Shown here: piece by piece, positions 30,835 through 42,639 of the stretch
How the letters are laid out: each line of letters opens with the position of its first letter
Position numbering within the stretch: the stretch's first letter is position 1
Source: Candidatus Aldehydirespirator sp.
Lineage (GTDB): Bacteria; Actinomycetota; Acidimicrobiia; Acidimicrobiales; Aldehydirespiratoraceae
Reading direction: 5' to 3'
Assembly: GCA_965221185.1 (NCBI GenBank)
Contig: OZ244866.1
Coordinates: forward strand, 1,366,901-1,430,900
Length of the DNA stretch: 64,000 bases
Program-made: the position numbers and the translations under genes
Notes under the pieces: generated by a model
Databases searched by the model: none
The model's input: only the letters and a program-made list of their open reading frames with translations
Told to the model about the DNA's origin: nothing

Positions 30835-31560
30835 ATGAAAATCCACATCGTTGTTCCGATCTCATCGGACTCATTCAACGACCCGATCGCTCAGGAGGCC
30901 CGCGGCTTCCTTAGAGACGACATCAGCCTGGAGGTCGGGTGCCTTCCCTACGGCCCCGCCTCGATCGAGTCGTTCTACGACGAGGTCCTCGCCGGCCCTG
31001 CCATCGTCTCAGAGGTCATGCAGGCTGAGGCCCAGGGGGCGGACGCGGTCTTCATCTCCTGCTTCGGCGATCCGGCAGTCCCCGCGGCCCGGGAACTGGT
31101 TGACATACCGGTCATTGGCGGGTTCGAGCCCGCAGTAAGCACGGCCCTCAACGTCGGGGAGCGCTTCTCTGTTGTCACCGTGTTGGAGAACGTCGTGCCC
31201 ATGATCTCCGGACTGGCCACCCGGATGGGGGTGAGGAGCCGGATGGCATCCATAGAGGTGATCGACACTCCAGTCCTAGAGCTGCACGACGGCGACATTC
31301 TGCTCAAGAACCTCTTCGAGGCCTCATGCCGAGCCCTCGACGCCGGTGCCGACGCACTGGTGCTGGGATGCACCGGCATGCTCGGGGTCGCGGCCGCTCT
31401 CCAAGACCGGCTGGAGTCGCAGCAAGCGCGCGTACCGGTCGTAGATCCCACAGGCGCCGCCCTAGGAATGTTGCTGTCCATGCACTCGATGGGCCTCAAG
31501 CCCAGCCGCCGCACCTACATGCCCCCACCCGACAAGGAGCGAACCAGCGCGATCCGCTAG
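30835..31560 (+). CDS. Asp/Glu/hydantoin racemase family protein
   Basis: Two catalytic-cysteine motifs, FISCFGDP and LGCTGM. 241 aa. Confidence 0.8.
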   Translation: MKIHIVVPISSDSFNDPIAQEARGFLRDDISLEVGCLPYGPASIESFYDEVLAGPAIVSEVMQAEAQGADAVFISCFGDPAVPAARELVDIPVIGGFEPAVSTALNVGERFSVVTVLENVVPMISGLATRMGVRSRMASIEVIDTPVLELHDGDILLKNLFEASCRALDAGADALVLGCTGMLGVAAALQDRLESQQARVPVVDPTGAALGMLLSMHSMGLKPSRRTYMPPPDKERTSAIR

Positions 31561-31689
31561 AGGAAGCAGCAACAAACGTCACGACATCCGAATCGCGCTG
31601 CGTCGGGGGCACCATGCTGGCAGTCGCATCCCGGAGGCAGCCCACTGCGCACGCCTTGCGATTGTCGGGCTCATACAGTTCGGGGCGCC

Positions 31690-32859
31690 ATGAGTGACGC
31701 TGCGTCCCGCTCCTTCGATGCGGTGGTCGTCGGCGGGGGTATCGCCGGGGTGTCGGTGGCCTGGGCACTGGCCCGACGGGGACACCGCGTGGCCGTCGTC
31801 GAACGTGAGGCATCGCTCGCCGCGCACAGCACAGGCCGCTCAGCGGCCCAGTTCCTGGCCTCGTACGGCAGCCCGGTCCACCGCATCCTGAGCGCCGCGT
31901 CCCGGCCGCTCCTGGAAGCCGGCGCCGACGGCCTGGCCCACAGCGAGTTGCTGCTGCCCCGCAACGTGCTGTGGGTCGCGCCCCTCGGCTTCGAGCAGCA
32001 ACTGGCGGCCAGAATCTCAGCCAACCAAACCACGAGCACCCCCTGCGAGCGTCTCGACGCGACCGACGCCATCGGGCTGTGCGCCGTCCTAGACCCGAAG
32101 TGGCTAGAGGCCGGCGTGATCGAGTACGGCGGCTTCGACGTCGACGTCGCGGAGTTGCATCAGGCTTTCCTGCGCGGCGCCCGGGCAGAGCGGGCGACGG
32201 TGCTGCGAGAGCACGGCGTGAGAGCGCTCGCCCGTCGCGGCGGCTGCTGGCAGGTGGATGTTGGTGAGCGGGTCCTGAGCTGCGCCGCTGTCGTCGATGC
32301 AGCCGGCGCCTGGGCTGACGAGGTGGCCCGCATGGCCGGGGTGCGCCCAGTCGGGCTGCAGCCGTACCGGCGCACCGTCTTCACGTTCGCCAGCCGCTAC
32401 GAATCGGCCGATTGGCCCCTGGTCGTCGGGGCCGACGAGAGCTTCTACTTCAAGCCTGAGGGCGTCGACCAGTTCCTGGCTTCGCCTGCCGATGAGCAAC
32501 CCATCGAACCCTGTGATGTCAAGCCCCGCGAGATCGATGTCGCGGCCGGGATCGAGGCCGTCAACCGGGCCACGCTCCTCGACGTTCGCTCCGTTCGCTC
32601 AGCCTGGGCCGGTCTGCGCACGTTCGCTCCGGACCGGGTGCCGGTCGTCGGCTTCGATCCAGACGCGGCCGGGTTCTTCTGGTGCGCCGGGCAGGGCGGC
32701 ACCGGCATCCAGACGTCCCCGGCCATCGCCGGGCTCACGGCCGACCTGATCAGTGGCCAGACTCCCCGGGGGCTCCCCGCCGATCTCGTAACCGAACTAA
32801 GCCCCAACCGGTTCCACCCAGGACCCGGCACGGAGCGAACCAGCCCAAGGGCGGGCTAG
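31690..32859 (+). CDS. FAD-dependent oxidoreductase (DAO family)
   Basis: DAVVVGGGIAGVSVAWALARRGHRVAVVERE Rossmann motif. Confidence 0.8.
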   Translation: MSDAASRSFDAVVVGGGIAGVSVAWALARRGHRVAVVEREASLAAHSTGRSAAQFLASYGSPVHRILSAASRPLLEAGADGLAHSELLLPRNVLWVAPLGFEQQLAARISANQTTSTPCERLDATDAIGLCAVLDPKWLEAGVIEYGGFDVDVAELHQAFLRGARAERATVLREHGVRALARRGGCWQVDVGERVLSCAAVVDAAGAWADEVARMAGVRPVGLQPYRRTVFTFASRYESADWPLVVGADESFYFKPEGVDQFLASPADEQPIEPCDVKPREIDVAAGIEAVNRATLLDVRSVRSAWAGLRTFAPDRVPVVGFDPDAAGFFWCAGQGGTGIQTSPAIAGLTADLISGQTPRGLPADLVTELSPNRFHPGPGTERTSPRAG

Positions 32860-33013
32860 GCCCCGCAATCCGGAGGTGCGCAGCTACCCTCAGCGCTCCG
32901 CTCACCCGGCATTTTGAGGTAACAGGTGGCAGGGGACAGGCACTTCTACATCGATTCGTTCGACACGATCCGGCTGAGTACGTATCGGCGCTGACAGCCC
33001 TGGCCGCTCCTGC

Positions 33014-35700
<2,687 letters not shown>

Positions 35701-35714
<14 letters not shown>

Positions 35715-35741
35715 TCGGCGTCCTCGATCACTCGGCGTCCT
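35701..35741. repeat. 17-bp tandem duplication (gcgtcctcgatcactcg x2 plus a partial third) at the furA start
   Basis: Units at 35701-35717 and 35718-35734, partial unit at 35735-35741. Each unit contains the GTG and its first codons. Confidence 0.9.
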
Positions 35742-35770
35742 GAATTGCGCAGCCACCATAGCACTTATTC

Positions 35771-35783
35771 TGGATTATATCCA
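35771..35783. promoter_or_regulatory. AT-rich palindrome TGGAT-TAT-ATCCA upstream of furA (candidate Fur-type operator)
   Basis: A perfect 5-3-5 palindrome in the only AT-rich patch of the furA upstream region. Confidence 0.4.
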
Positions 35784-36040
35784 AACTTAGATCTTATCTG
35801 GTTCTAGGCTGAATCGAGGACAGTACGGGTCCGTTCAGCGCGTCCGGGGCCTGATGCACGACCTCGCCTGAAGGGTGAGAGCTTGGGATGCGGCTGTAGA
35901 TCTCGCGCCGAGGGGTCATTTGATCGTGATCGACCGCGGCAGTAGCGTCGGTGGACGGTGCTCGGCGTTGGGGCTGGCACATCATTTGGTTCAGGGGGCA
36001 TATTGGACCAATCAGAGGGGAGTTCAGAGGGCGCGGCTTC

Positions 36041-36889
36041 ATGACGATTGGGGACCAGCCGGCGGAGCAGTCAGCCACGGCGCACGGTGGACATCATGGA
36101 CCTGCTGGCTCCGAACTGGTTCTCACTGACGTCGTCAAGGACTTCCCGCTGCGCCGCGAGACGCTGCGAGCCCTCGACAAGATGAGCTTCCACGTCGGGC
36201 AGGGTGAGTTTGTGGCCTTGCTGGGACCCTCTGGTTGCGGCAAGAGCACCGTCCTGCGCCTCGCGGCCGGCCTGGAGGAGCCAACATCGGGCACGGTCAC
36301 CCTCGGAGGCGGGAGCCCTCTGGCAGTGGCCAACCGGCAGGGCCTCGGCGTGGCCTTCCAGGACCACGCGCTGTTGCCCTGGGCCACCGTCCACGCCAAC
36401 ATCGCGATCCCGTTCCACGTGGCCAGAAGGCCCGTCGACAACGAGCGGATCCAGGAGCTCCTCGAGCTCGTCGGCCTCGCCGACTTCGCCAAGGCCCGGC
36501 CCCGTCAGCTCTCCGGAGGCATGCGCCAGCGGACATCGATCGCCCGGGCGCTGGTCCTCGAGCCGGAGATACTGCTGCTCGACGAACCGTTCGGCGCACT
36601 CGATGCGGTCACCAGGCGCCGCCTGAACATCGAGCTGCAGCGCATCTGGACCCGAGACCAGATCAGCACAATGCTTGTGACCCACGCCGTCGACGAGGCG
36701 GTGTTCCTCGCCGACCGGGTCGTGGTGATGAGCGCCCGGCCCGGCCGGGTGCAGATGGTCCGAGAAGTCGACTTCCCGCGCCCCCGCGGGCCGGATCTGC
36801 TTCGCTCACATGAGTTTCATGCACTCGTCGACGAGCTGACCGCATCGCTCGACGCCGAACCCGAGGACAGAGAGCCCGAGGACAGGTGA
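36041..36889 (+). CDS. ABC transporter ATP-binding protein (NitT/TauT family)
   Basis: GPSGCGKST, LSGGMRQR, LLLDEPFGALD. Confidence 0.85.
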   Translation: MTIGDQPAEQSATAHGGHHGPAGSELVLTDVVKDFPLRRETLRALDKMSFHVGQGEFVALLGPSGCGKSTVLRLAAGLEEPTSGTVTLGGGSPLAVANRQGLGVAFQDHALLPWATVHANIAIPFHVARRPVDNERIQELLELVGLADFAKARPRQLSGGMRQRTSIARALVLEPEILLLDEPFGALDAVTRRRLNIELQRIWTRDQISTMLVTHAVDEAVFLADRVVVMSARPGRVQMVREVDFPRPRGPDLLRSHEFHALVDELTASLDAEPEDREPEDR

Positions 36890-37635
36890 CTGAGCGGGCC
36901 CGCAACTTGCTGCTCGGCGCGGTGGGCGTCGGCGTGTTGATGGCCGCGTGGGAGATTGTCGGCCAGACCGGCGTCGGCGGTCGCACGTTCCCGCCCATCA
37001 GTGACGTCATCGAGTATGGCATCGATCCCTCCCGCCGGTCGCTTTTCCAGCGAGCAATAGGAGCCACGTTCCAGTCGGCGTGGCGGGGCTTCGTCATCGG
37101 CTTGGTGTTCTCCGTGGCGATGGCGGGCATCGGCGCGTTGATACCCCTGCTGAAGGAGGGGATCGATCGCTTCGCCGCCTCCGTCCATGCGATCCCGTTG
37201 ATCGCGCTGGGTCCGCTGTTCATCGTGGCTATGAGCCGCGCCAACACCCCGACCGCGATCGCCGCGCTGGCCACCTACTTCCCGGTGTACGTCGCATGCG
37301 TATCCGGATTCGAGGCAGCCTCCCGGGCGCACCTCGACGTGTTCGCAGTGCTCGGGGCCGATCGCAGGACCCGCTTCCGCCGCCTCCAGATGCCGGCCGC
37401 CCTGCCCGCGTTCTCCGACGGGCTGCGGCTTGCCGCGCCTGCGGCCGTGCTCGGCGCGATCCTCGGCGAATGGTTCGGAGCCCCGCGGGGCATCGGGATC
37501 CTGATCGTCAGCTCGATGCAGAACTTCCAGATCAGGCAACTCTGGGCCGCCGCCCTGCTCGCGGCGCTCGTCAGTATGGTCGCCTTCGCATTGTTCGGCG
37601 CCCTCGAGCGCTTCGTCGTGGCCAGGTTCCGGTGA
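36886..37635 (+). CDS. ABC transporter permease (NitT/TauT family)
   Basis: Hydrophobic 249-aa protein. Its start overlaps the ATPase stop. Confidence 0.75.
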   Translation: MTERARNLLLGAVGVGVLMAAWEIVGQTGVGGRTFPPISDVIEYGIDPSRRSLFQRAIGATFQSAWRGFVIGLVFSVAMAGIGALIPLLKEGIDRFAASVHAIPLIALGPLFIVAMSRANTPTAIAALATYFPVYVACVSGFEAASRAHLDVFAVLGADRRTRFRRLQMPAALPAFSDGLRLAAPAAVLGAILGEWFGAPRGIGILIVSSMQNFQIRQLWAAALLAALVSMVAFALFGALERFVVARFR

Positions 37636-37642
37636 GGCAGCC

Positions 37643-38491
37643 ATGACAACCCGCTCGACGACCCAGGAGTCGTCGATGTCGGAGCAACCGACGGTCGGGG
37701 AACTGGGGCCCGACGCAGGGCGGGACCCGGGCAGGGCTGTCCTTCATGGAATCAGGTTCCTCGCCACTCGGTACTGGGGCGTGGTCATTCTCGTACTCGT
37801 GTGGCACCTCTACGTCACGCTGTTCGACGTCAACGTCCTCGTGATTCCGAGCCCGGGCTTGGTGTTCGGCGAGCTGGCCACGAACACCGGTCGCTATATC
37901 GACCCGACGATCTCGACGCTGACGGTGGCCGCCGTGGGCGTCGTGGGCGGCACGCTGATGGGAGTGATGCTCGCCTCACTGTCGTGGTTCGCGCGAGCGC
38001 TCAGCGGCATCTTCACCCCGATCGCGGTAATCATCCGCTCCGTGCCGATCGTGGCCATGATCCCCGTCCTCGCCCGGGTGTTCGGCTACCAGCAGCGCAC
38101 CATCCTGGTGATCACCATCGCCATCTCGTTCTTCCCGACGTTCGTCTTCGTCACATCCGGCCTGCGAGCAACACCGCCGGGCAGCGCGGACGTCTTCGCG
38201 GCCCTCGGAGCGAGCCGGATGACCGTATTTCGCCGGCTGGCCCTGCCGTCAGCCGTCCCGAACGGACTCATCGCATTCCGGCTGTCGGCTGCCGATTGTG
38301 TGCTGGCCGCGCTCATCGCCGAGTTCCTCATGGGCACCCAGGGGCTCGGGCACGTCTTCCAGGACACCGTCGGCGACCTAGACATGCTCACCGCGTGGAG
38401 CGCGGCTATTGTGGCCACCATCCTCAGCGTCGCCTTTTTCGTCTTCGCCAAGCGCGTGGAGCGCACCGGGAATGAACGCTGGTTAATCTGA
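37643..38491 (+). CDS. ABC transporter permease (NitT/TauT family), second subunit
   Basis: Hydrophobic 282-aa paralogue of the preceding permease. Confidence 0.75.
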   Translation: MTTRSTTQESSMSEQPTVGELGPDAGRDPGRAVLHGIRFLATRYWGVVILVLVWHLYVTLFDVNVLVIPSPGLVFGELATNTGRYIDPTISTLTVAAVGVVGGTLMGVMLASLSWFARALSGIFTPIAVIIRSVPIVAMIPVLARVFGYQQRTILVITIAISFFPTFVFVTSGLRATPPGSADVFAALGASRMTVFRRLALPSAVPNGLIAFRLSAADCVLAALIAEFLMGTQGLGHVFQDTVGDLDMLTAWSAAIVATILSVAFFVFAKRVERTGNERWLI

Positions 38492-38557
38492 AACATTGGA
38501 TCAATATTAGAAAAGATAGAAACATTCAAATATAAGATAATGGGAGAAATAGACCTA
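38492..38557 (+). promoter_or_regulatory. Strongly AT-rich spacer inside the ABC operon with a gaaacatt direct repeat
   Basis: aaacattggatcaatattagaaaagatagaaacattcaaatataagataatggg contrasts sharply with the flanking composition. TTAGAA-N18-TATAAG is a possible promoter. Confidence 0.3.
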
Positions 38558-39640
38558 ATGTCTACTACAAGCTCAAGACGGACATTCCTACGAAACACGG
38601 GCTACGGTGCTACTGGGCTCGTTCTCGCACCGTCGTTCTTGGCTGCCTGCAGCGGCACGTCTGAGTCGGACGCGCCAGCGCAGCTCGACCAGATCATTCA
38701 GGCCAACGGATGGATCAACAACGTCGAGTTCGGCGGGATCTGGGTAGCACTCGAGAACGGCTATTTCACGGAGCAGGGCATCGAGGCGACGTTCCTCCAG
38801 GGCGGGCCGAACGCGCCATCGCCACCGGTCGTTGTTGCGTCCGGCGAGGCGCACATAGGCCAGGACCCGAGCATGATCCGCATCTTCCAGGCCATGGCCG
38901 AGGGCGGACACGACTGGGTGCTGTTCGGCACGCAGTTCCAGGTGACCCCGCAGGGCGTCATCTCCTTGCCCGACAAGCCCGTACTTACCGCCGAAGACCT
39001 CGTCGGAATCAAGTTCCTGGGCCAGCCGGGCGCCGAGGCGCTGGTGAAGGCGGCCCTGAAGCTCGGCGGGTTCGACGACACCGACTACGAGTTCATTCCG
39101 GCCGGGTTCACGCCCGAGCCCCTCATGGAGCGGCAGGGCGAGGCGTACTCGGCGTTCCTCACCAACCAGCCGCTCATCCTCGAGGAGCAGGGATACGTCA
39201 ACGGCGAAGACTTCGTGACGGCGACATGGGATGATCTCGGTCTGCCGCTGTACTCCAACGTCATGTTCGCGCCCCGCTCCTATGTGAATGACGAGACGAC
39301 CCGTGACATCCTCGTGCGGTTCATGCGGGCGCTCATCAAGGGATGGGAAGTGAACGAGGACGACCCTGCCTACGCGGCCGGCCTCGCGGTGGACAAGTAC
39401 GGCGTCGATCTCGGCCTCAACCTCAACCAGCAGACCAGGGAGAACGAGACGCAGATCCCGCTCCACCATGGGCCGGTGACCGACGAGAAGGGCCTGTTCT
39501 GGATCGATCCCGATCTGGTCGAGTCTCAGATGTATCCGGCGCTCCAGGCCATCGGCATCGACCCGATGCCGCCATTCGAGGGCCTGATAGACCTGTCGAT
39601 CCTCGAGGACGCATTCGACGGTAAGACCACCATGCGGTAG
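38558..39640 (+). CDS. NMT1/THI5-like ABC substrate-binding lipoprotein with a Tat signal
   Basis: MSTTSSRRTFLRNTG...LAAC gives a twin-arginine signal and a lipobox. GGGAG lies 12 nt upstream of ATG 38558. Confidence 0.75.
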   Translation: MSTTSSRRTFLRNTGYGATGLVLAPSFLAACSGTSESDAPAQLDQIIQANGWINNVEFGGIWVALENGYFTEQGIEATFLQGGPNAPSPPVVVASGEAHIGQDPSMIRIFQAMAEGGHDWVLFGTQFQVTPQGVISLPDKPVLTAEDLVGIKFLGQPGAEALVKAALKLGGFDDTDYEFIPAGFTPEPLMERQGEAYSAFLTNQPLILEEQGYVNGEDFVTATWDDLGLPLYSNVMFAPRSYVNDETTRDILVRFMRALIKGWEVNEDDPAYAAGLAVDKYGVDLGLNLNQQTRENETQIPLHHGPVTDEKGLFWIDPDLVESQMYPALQAIGIDPMPPFEGLIDLSILEDAFDGKTTMR

Positions 39641-39644
39641 CGCT

Positions 39645-40634
39645 GTGCGCTCCCTTCGGGATCTGCCCAAAGCACACCTGCATGTGCATCTTGAGGGGTG
39701 CATGCGCCCGGCGACGCTCGCAGATCTCGCGCGACAGCACGGCATGGAGGTGCCGTCGACCAGCGGGTACGGCGACTTCACCGCGTTCTCGGCGATGTAT
39801 ATCGCCGCGTGCGCTGTCCTGCGCCGGCCCGAGGATCTGGCGCGGGTCGTTCACGAAGTGGTCGAGGACGCGGCCAGCGACGGCGCCGTCTGGGTCGAGC
39901 CGTCGTTCGAGCCGCACGTGCACGTCGCGACCTTCGGCAGTGTCGAGGCTGTTATCGAGATCGCCGTCAGCGCGGGGGAGGAGGCCTCCCGGGCGACCGG
40001 CATCGGTATGGGATTCATGGTCGCCTGCGACCGAACCGCCGACCCTGCCAACGCCACCGAATCGGCCAGGGCGGCCGTGAGGTTCGCCGGCTCCGGGGTG
40101 GTGTCGTTCGGCCTTGACAACGACGAGACCCTCGGACCGCCCGAGTGGTTCGAGGAAGCGTTCGCCATCGCCCGCGACGGCGGCCTGCTCTCCACGCCCC
40201 ATGCCGGAGAGCTGGTCGGGCCCCAAAGCGTCCGCGGCGCTCTCGACGCGCTGGGAGCAGACCGCATCTTGCACGGCGTCCGGGCGATCGAGGATCCGGC
40301 GCTGGTCGACCGGCTCGCATCCGACGGCGTCTGCCTCGATGTCTGCCCGACATCGAACCTGCTGCTGTCGGTGGCCGAGTCCCACGACGACCACCCGCTC
40401 GGAGCACTGCTCGACGCAGGAGTACCGTGTAGCGTGAACGCGGATGACTCGCTGCTCTTCGGGTCCAGCCTGCTCGACGAGTACCAGATGTGCCGCGACG
40501 TCTTCGGTTTCGACGACGAGCGCATGGCTTCGATCGCCGGTGCCTCGGTGACGGCGAGTGGAGCGCCCGACGGATTCAAGGCGGCCTCGGCTGCCGCGAT
40601 CGCCGCTTGGGCGACAGAAAATCAACGCAACTAG
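39645..40634 (+). CDS. Adenosine/adenine deaminase family protein
   Basis: LPKAHLHVHLEG, HAGE and SVNADD metal-site motifs. Confidence 0.85.
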   Translation: MRSLRDLPKAHLHVHLEGCMRPATLADLARQHGMEVPSTSGYGDFTAFSAMYIAACAVLRRPEDLARVVHEVVEDAASDGAVWVEPSFEPHVHVATFGSVEAVIEIAVSAGEEASRATGIGMGFMVACDRTADPANATESARAAVRFAGSGVVSFGLDNDETLGPPEWFEEAFAIARDGGLLSTPHAGELVGPQSVRGALDALGADRILHGVRAIEDPALVDRLASDGVCLDVCPTSNLLLSVAESHDDHPLGALLDAGVPCSVNADDSLLFGSSLLDEYQMCRDVFGFDDERMASIAGASVTASGAPDGFKAASAAAIAAWATENQRN

Positions 40635-40643
40635 GGGGACAAC

Positions 40644-41450
40644 ATGAGATTGGACCAAGTGGGAGTGGTCCCGAAGCGCACTGCCGATCCGAAGGAGGCG
40701 CTGCGTCTGGCCCAGCAGGACGGCGCCGCGATCCTGACCGGGCTGGGCCGCGAAGCCGAGGATGGCCGTCAGGCGGCGATGGCCGTGTTCGGGGACAAGC
40801 TCCTGGCCGTACCCCCGGCGGCCATCGTGAACGAGGGAGGCGACAAGGACCGGCGGCCGAGGGGCCTGACCTACGAGACCCGCTCGAAGTGCCACAGCGA
40901 CGGGTACGCCTACGGCGACAAGTACCCCGACTACATCCTGCTGCTGTGCAACAAGCACAGCGAGGAGGGCGGCGAGTCGTTCCTGGTTGACGGCTACAAG
41001 ATGCTCGAACTGATGGCTGAGGATCCCGAGGTGGGTTGGATACCGCAGGCGCTGAGTACGGTGCCCATCAACCAGACCGAGGCCGGCATGCAGCCCTCCA
41101 CCAGCACGATCGTCAAGACCAGCCCCAAGGGCCGCAAGATGCTGTTGATGGCCAACGAGATAGACCAGCGGCCCCACGACGACAGCACCGACCCGGCCCG
41201 CGATCAAGAGATGCTCGTGAAGTGGCGGGAGACCATCTACGAGGCCACCGACCACATCCCGCACTTCAAGCTGTATCCCGGCGAGGCGTACGTCGTCGAC
41301 AACTATCGGCTGTTCCACGGACGCGAGGCCTACGCCGACATCGACCGCAACATGTGGCGTGTCTGGGTGTGGACCGAGGACTCCGCCTTCGGCCTCCCGG
41401 ACGGGTTGTTGCACTCCGACAGTCGCAACGCCCGGGCCAAGGTCGCCTGA
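40644..41450 (+). CDS. TauD/TfdA-like Fe(II)/2-oxoglutarate dioxygenase
   Basis: HSD facial-triad motif followed by FLVDG and a distal NYRLFHGRE. Confidence 0.5.
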   Translation: MRLDQVGVVPKRTADPKEALRLAQQDGAAILTGLGREAEDGRQAAMAVFGDKLLAVPPAAIVNEGGDKDRRPRGLTYETRSKCHSDGYAYGDKYPDYILLLCNKHSEEGGESFLVDGYKMLELMAEDPEVGWIPQALSTVPINQTEAGMQPSTSTIVKTSPKGRKMLLMANEIDQRPHDDSTDPARDQEMLVKWRETIYEATDHIPHFKLYPGEAYVVDNYRLFHGREAYADIDRNMWRVWVWTEDSAFGLPDGLLHSDSRNARAKVA

Positions 41451-41579
41451 GCCCGGCGCTCGGCTAGGACCGGCTGTCGACTAGGTCCGGCGCTCGACTA
41501 GGTCCGGCGCTCAGCGAGAACCGGCGCTCGACTAGGTCCGGCTGTGAGCTGGGCCGGGCGGTCAGCTGAGCGCGGCACC
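41444..41579. repeat. 17-bp tandem repeat, 8 units, consensus cgaCTAGgtccggcgct
   Basis: Units start at 41444, 41461, 41478, 41495, 41512, 41529, 41546 and 41563. The units at 41478 and 41495 are identical. The outer units contain the stop codons of the two convergent genes. Confidence 0.9.
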
Positions 41580-42515
41580 CCTCTCGGCGCAACCGAGCTT
41601 CACGTCGATCGCGTGCAGCGAGGACGATGCGGTGATGAACAGCCGCGTGCCAGTGGGCCCGCCGAAGGCGCAGTTGGACACCTTCTCGGGTGTCAGGATC
41701 CTCCCGAGCAGGGTCGCGTCGGGCGCATAGACGTGGATGCCGTCCTCGGCGCTGGTGAGCACGTGCCCCTCGGTGGTCACCCGGAACCCGTCTGACAGAC
41801 CGGGTGAGACCTCGACGAACAGGCGGGGGTTGTCCAGGGCCCGGCCGCCGATCACCTCGAAGCACATGATGTGGTGGTTGCCCGAGCCGTCCTCGCGGAA
41901 GGCAGCCGACGTGTCGCTCACGTAGAGCAGCGACTCGTCGGGGGAGAAGGCGAGGCCGTTGGGCTCCTCGATCACGTCGGTGACCGCGACGAGGCTGCCG
42001 TCGGCCGGATCGAAGCGGAACACGTAGCAATGGCGCATCTCACTATCGGCTTTGTGGCCCTCATGGTCGCTGGCGATCCCATACGGAGGATCGGTGAACC
42101 AGATGGTGCCGTCGGACTTCACCACGAGGTCGTTGGGGGAGTTGAGGCGCCGGCCCTGGTATCGGTCGACGACGGTGACGATCGATCCGTCGTGCTCGGT
42201 GCGCTCGATCCGCCGGTTGCCGTGCGAGCACGACACGAGGCGGCCCTCGAGGTCGAGCGTGTGGCCGTTCGTGAACTCGACGCCCGTGCGGTACACCGAG
42301 AAACCGCCCGCGGCCGACCAGCACATGATGCGATTGTTGGGGATGTCGCTGCACAGCACCATCTCTGAGTCCGGCAGGTACACCGGTCCCTCCGTCCAGA
42401 TGCAGCCCCCGCCGAGCCGTTCGAGCTCGGCCGCGGGATCGACGACGGCCAACAGCGCGTCGTCGTGGACCTCAATCACCGATGACATCGTGCTACTCCG
42501 TTCAATCGCGCCCAC
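41562..42515 (-). CDS. SMP-30/gluconolactonase/LRE family protein
   Basis: EGPVYLP, PNDLVVKSDGTIWFTDP and PNGLAFSPDE beta-propeller motifs. Confidence 0.85.
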   Translation of the reverse strand: MGAIERSSTMSSVIEVHDDALLAVVDPAAELERLGGGCIWTEGPVYLPDSEMVLCSDIPNNRIMCWSAAGGFSVYRTGVEFTNGHTLDLEGRLVSCSHGNRRIERTEHDGSIVTVVDRYQGRRLNSPNDLVVKSDGTIWFTDPPYGIASDHEGHKADSEMRHCYVFRFDPADGSLVAVTDVIEEPNGLAFSPDESLLYVSDTSAAFREDGSGNHHIMCFEVIGGRALDNPRLFVEVSPGLSDGFRVTTEGHVLTSAEDGIHVYAPDATLLGRILTPEKVSNCAFGGPTGTRLFITASSSLHAIDVKLGCAERGAALS

Positions 42516-42639
42516 CGGCGGGCGTCCGGCTCGCGGGCGCGGACGTTAGCACTGCCTCCGCAGCCGTTCGCGCGGATCTGTCGGGCCGTCCCGGACCCGG
42601 GAGGCGCTCCAGGGGGTGCGGGCGGGCTGTTCGCGGCGC

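Noticed and set aside
39423-41414. A 663-aa ORF on the minus strand. Similar long antisense ORFs occur at 8147-9229 (-), 17335-18642 (-), 25741-27117 (+), 33050-34765 (+) and 45827-47293 (-).
   Set aside because: Each lies opposite to, or out of frame with, a gene that has clear family motifs (deaminase/TauD, Rieske, permease, PucR, katG, SDR). Their translations are low-complexity and Arg/Gly/Pro/His-rich. I treat them as non-coding shadows.
41444-41579. A CRISPR array, considered also for 43607-43747 and 49569-49658.
   Set aside because: The units are directly adjacent with no unique spacers, are only 17-47 bp long, overlap coding sequence, and no cas genes are present.
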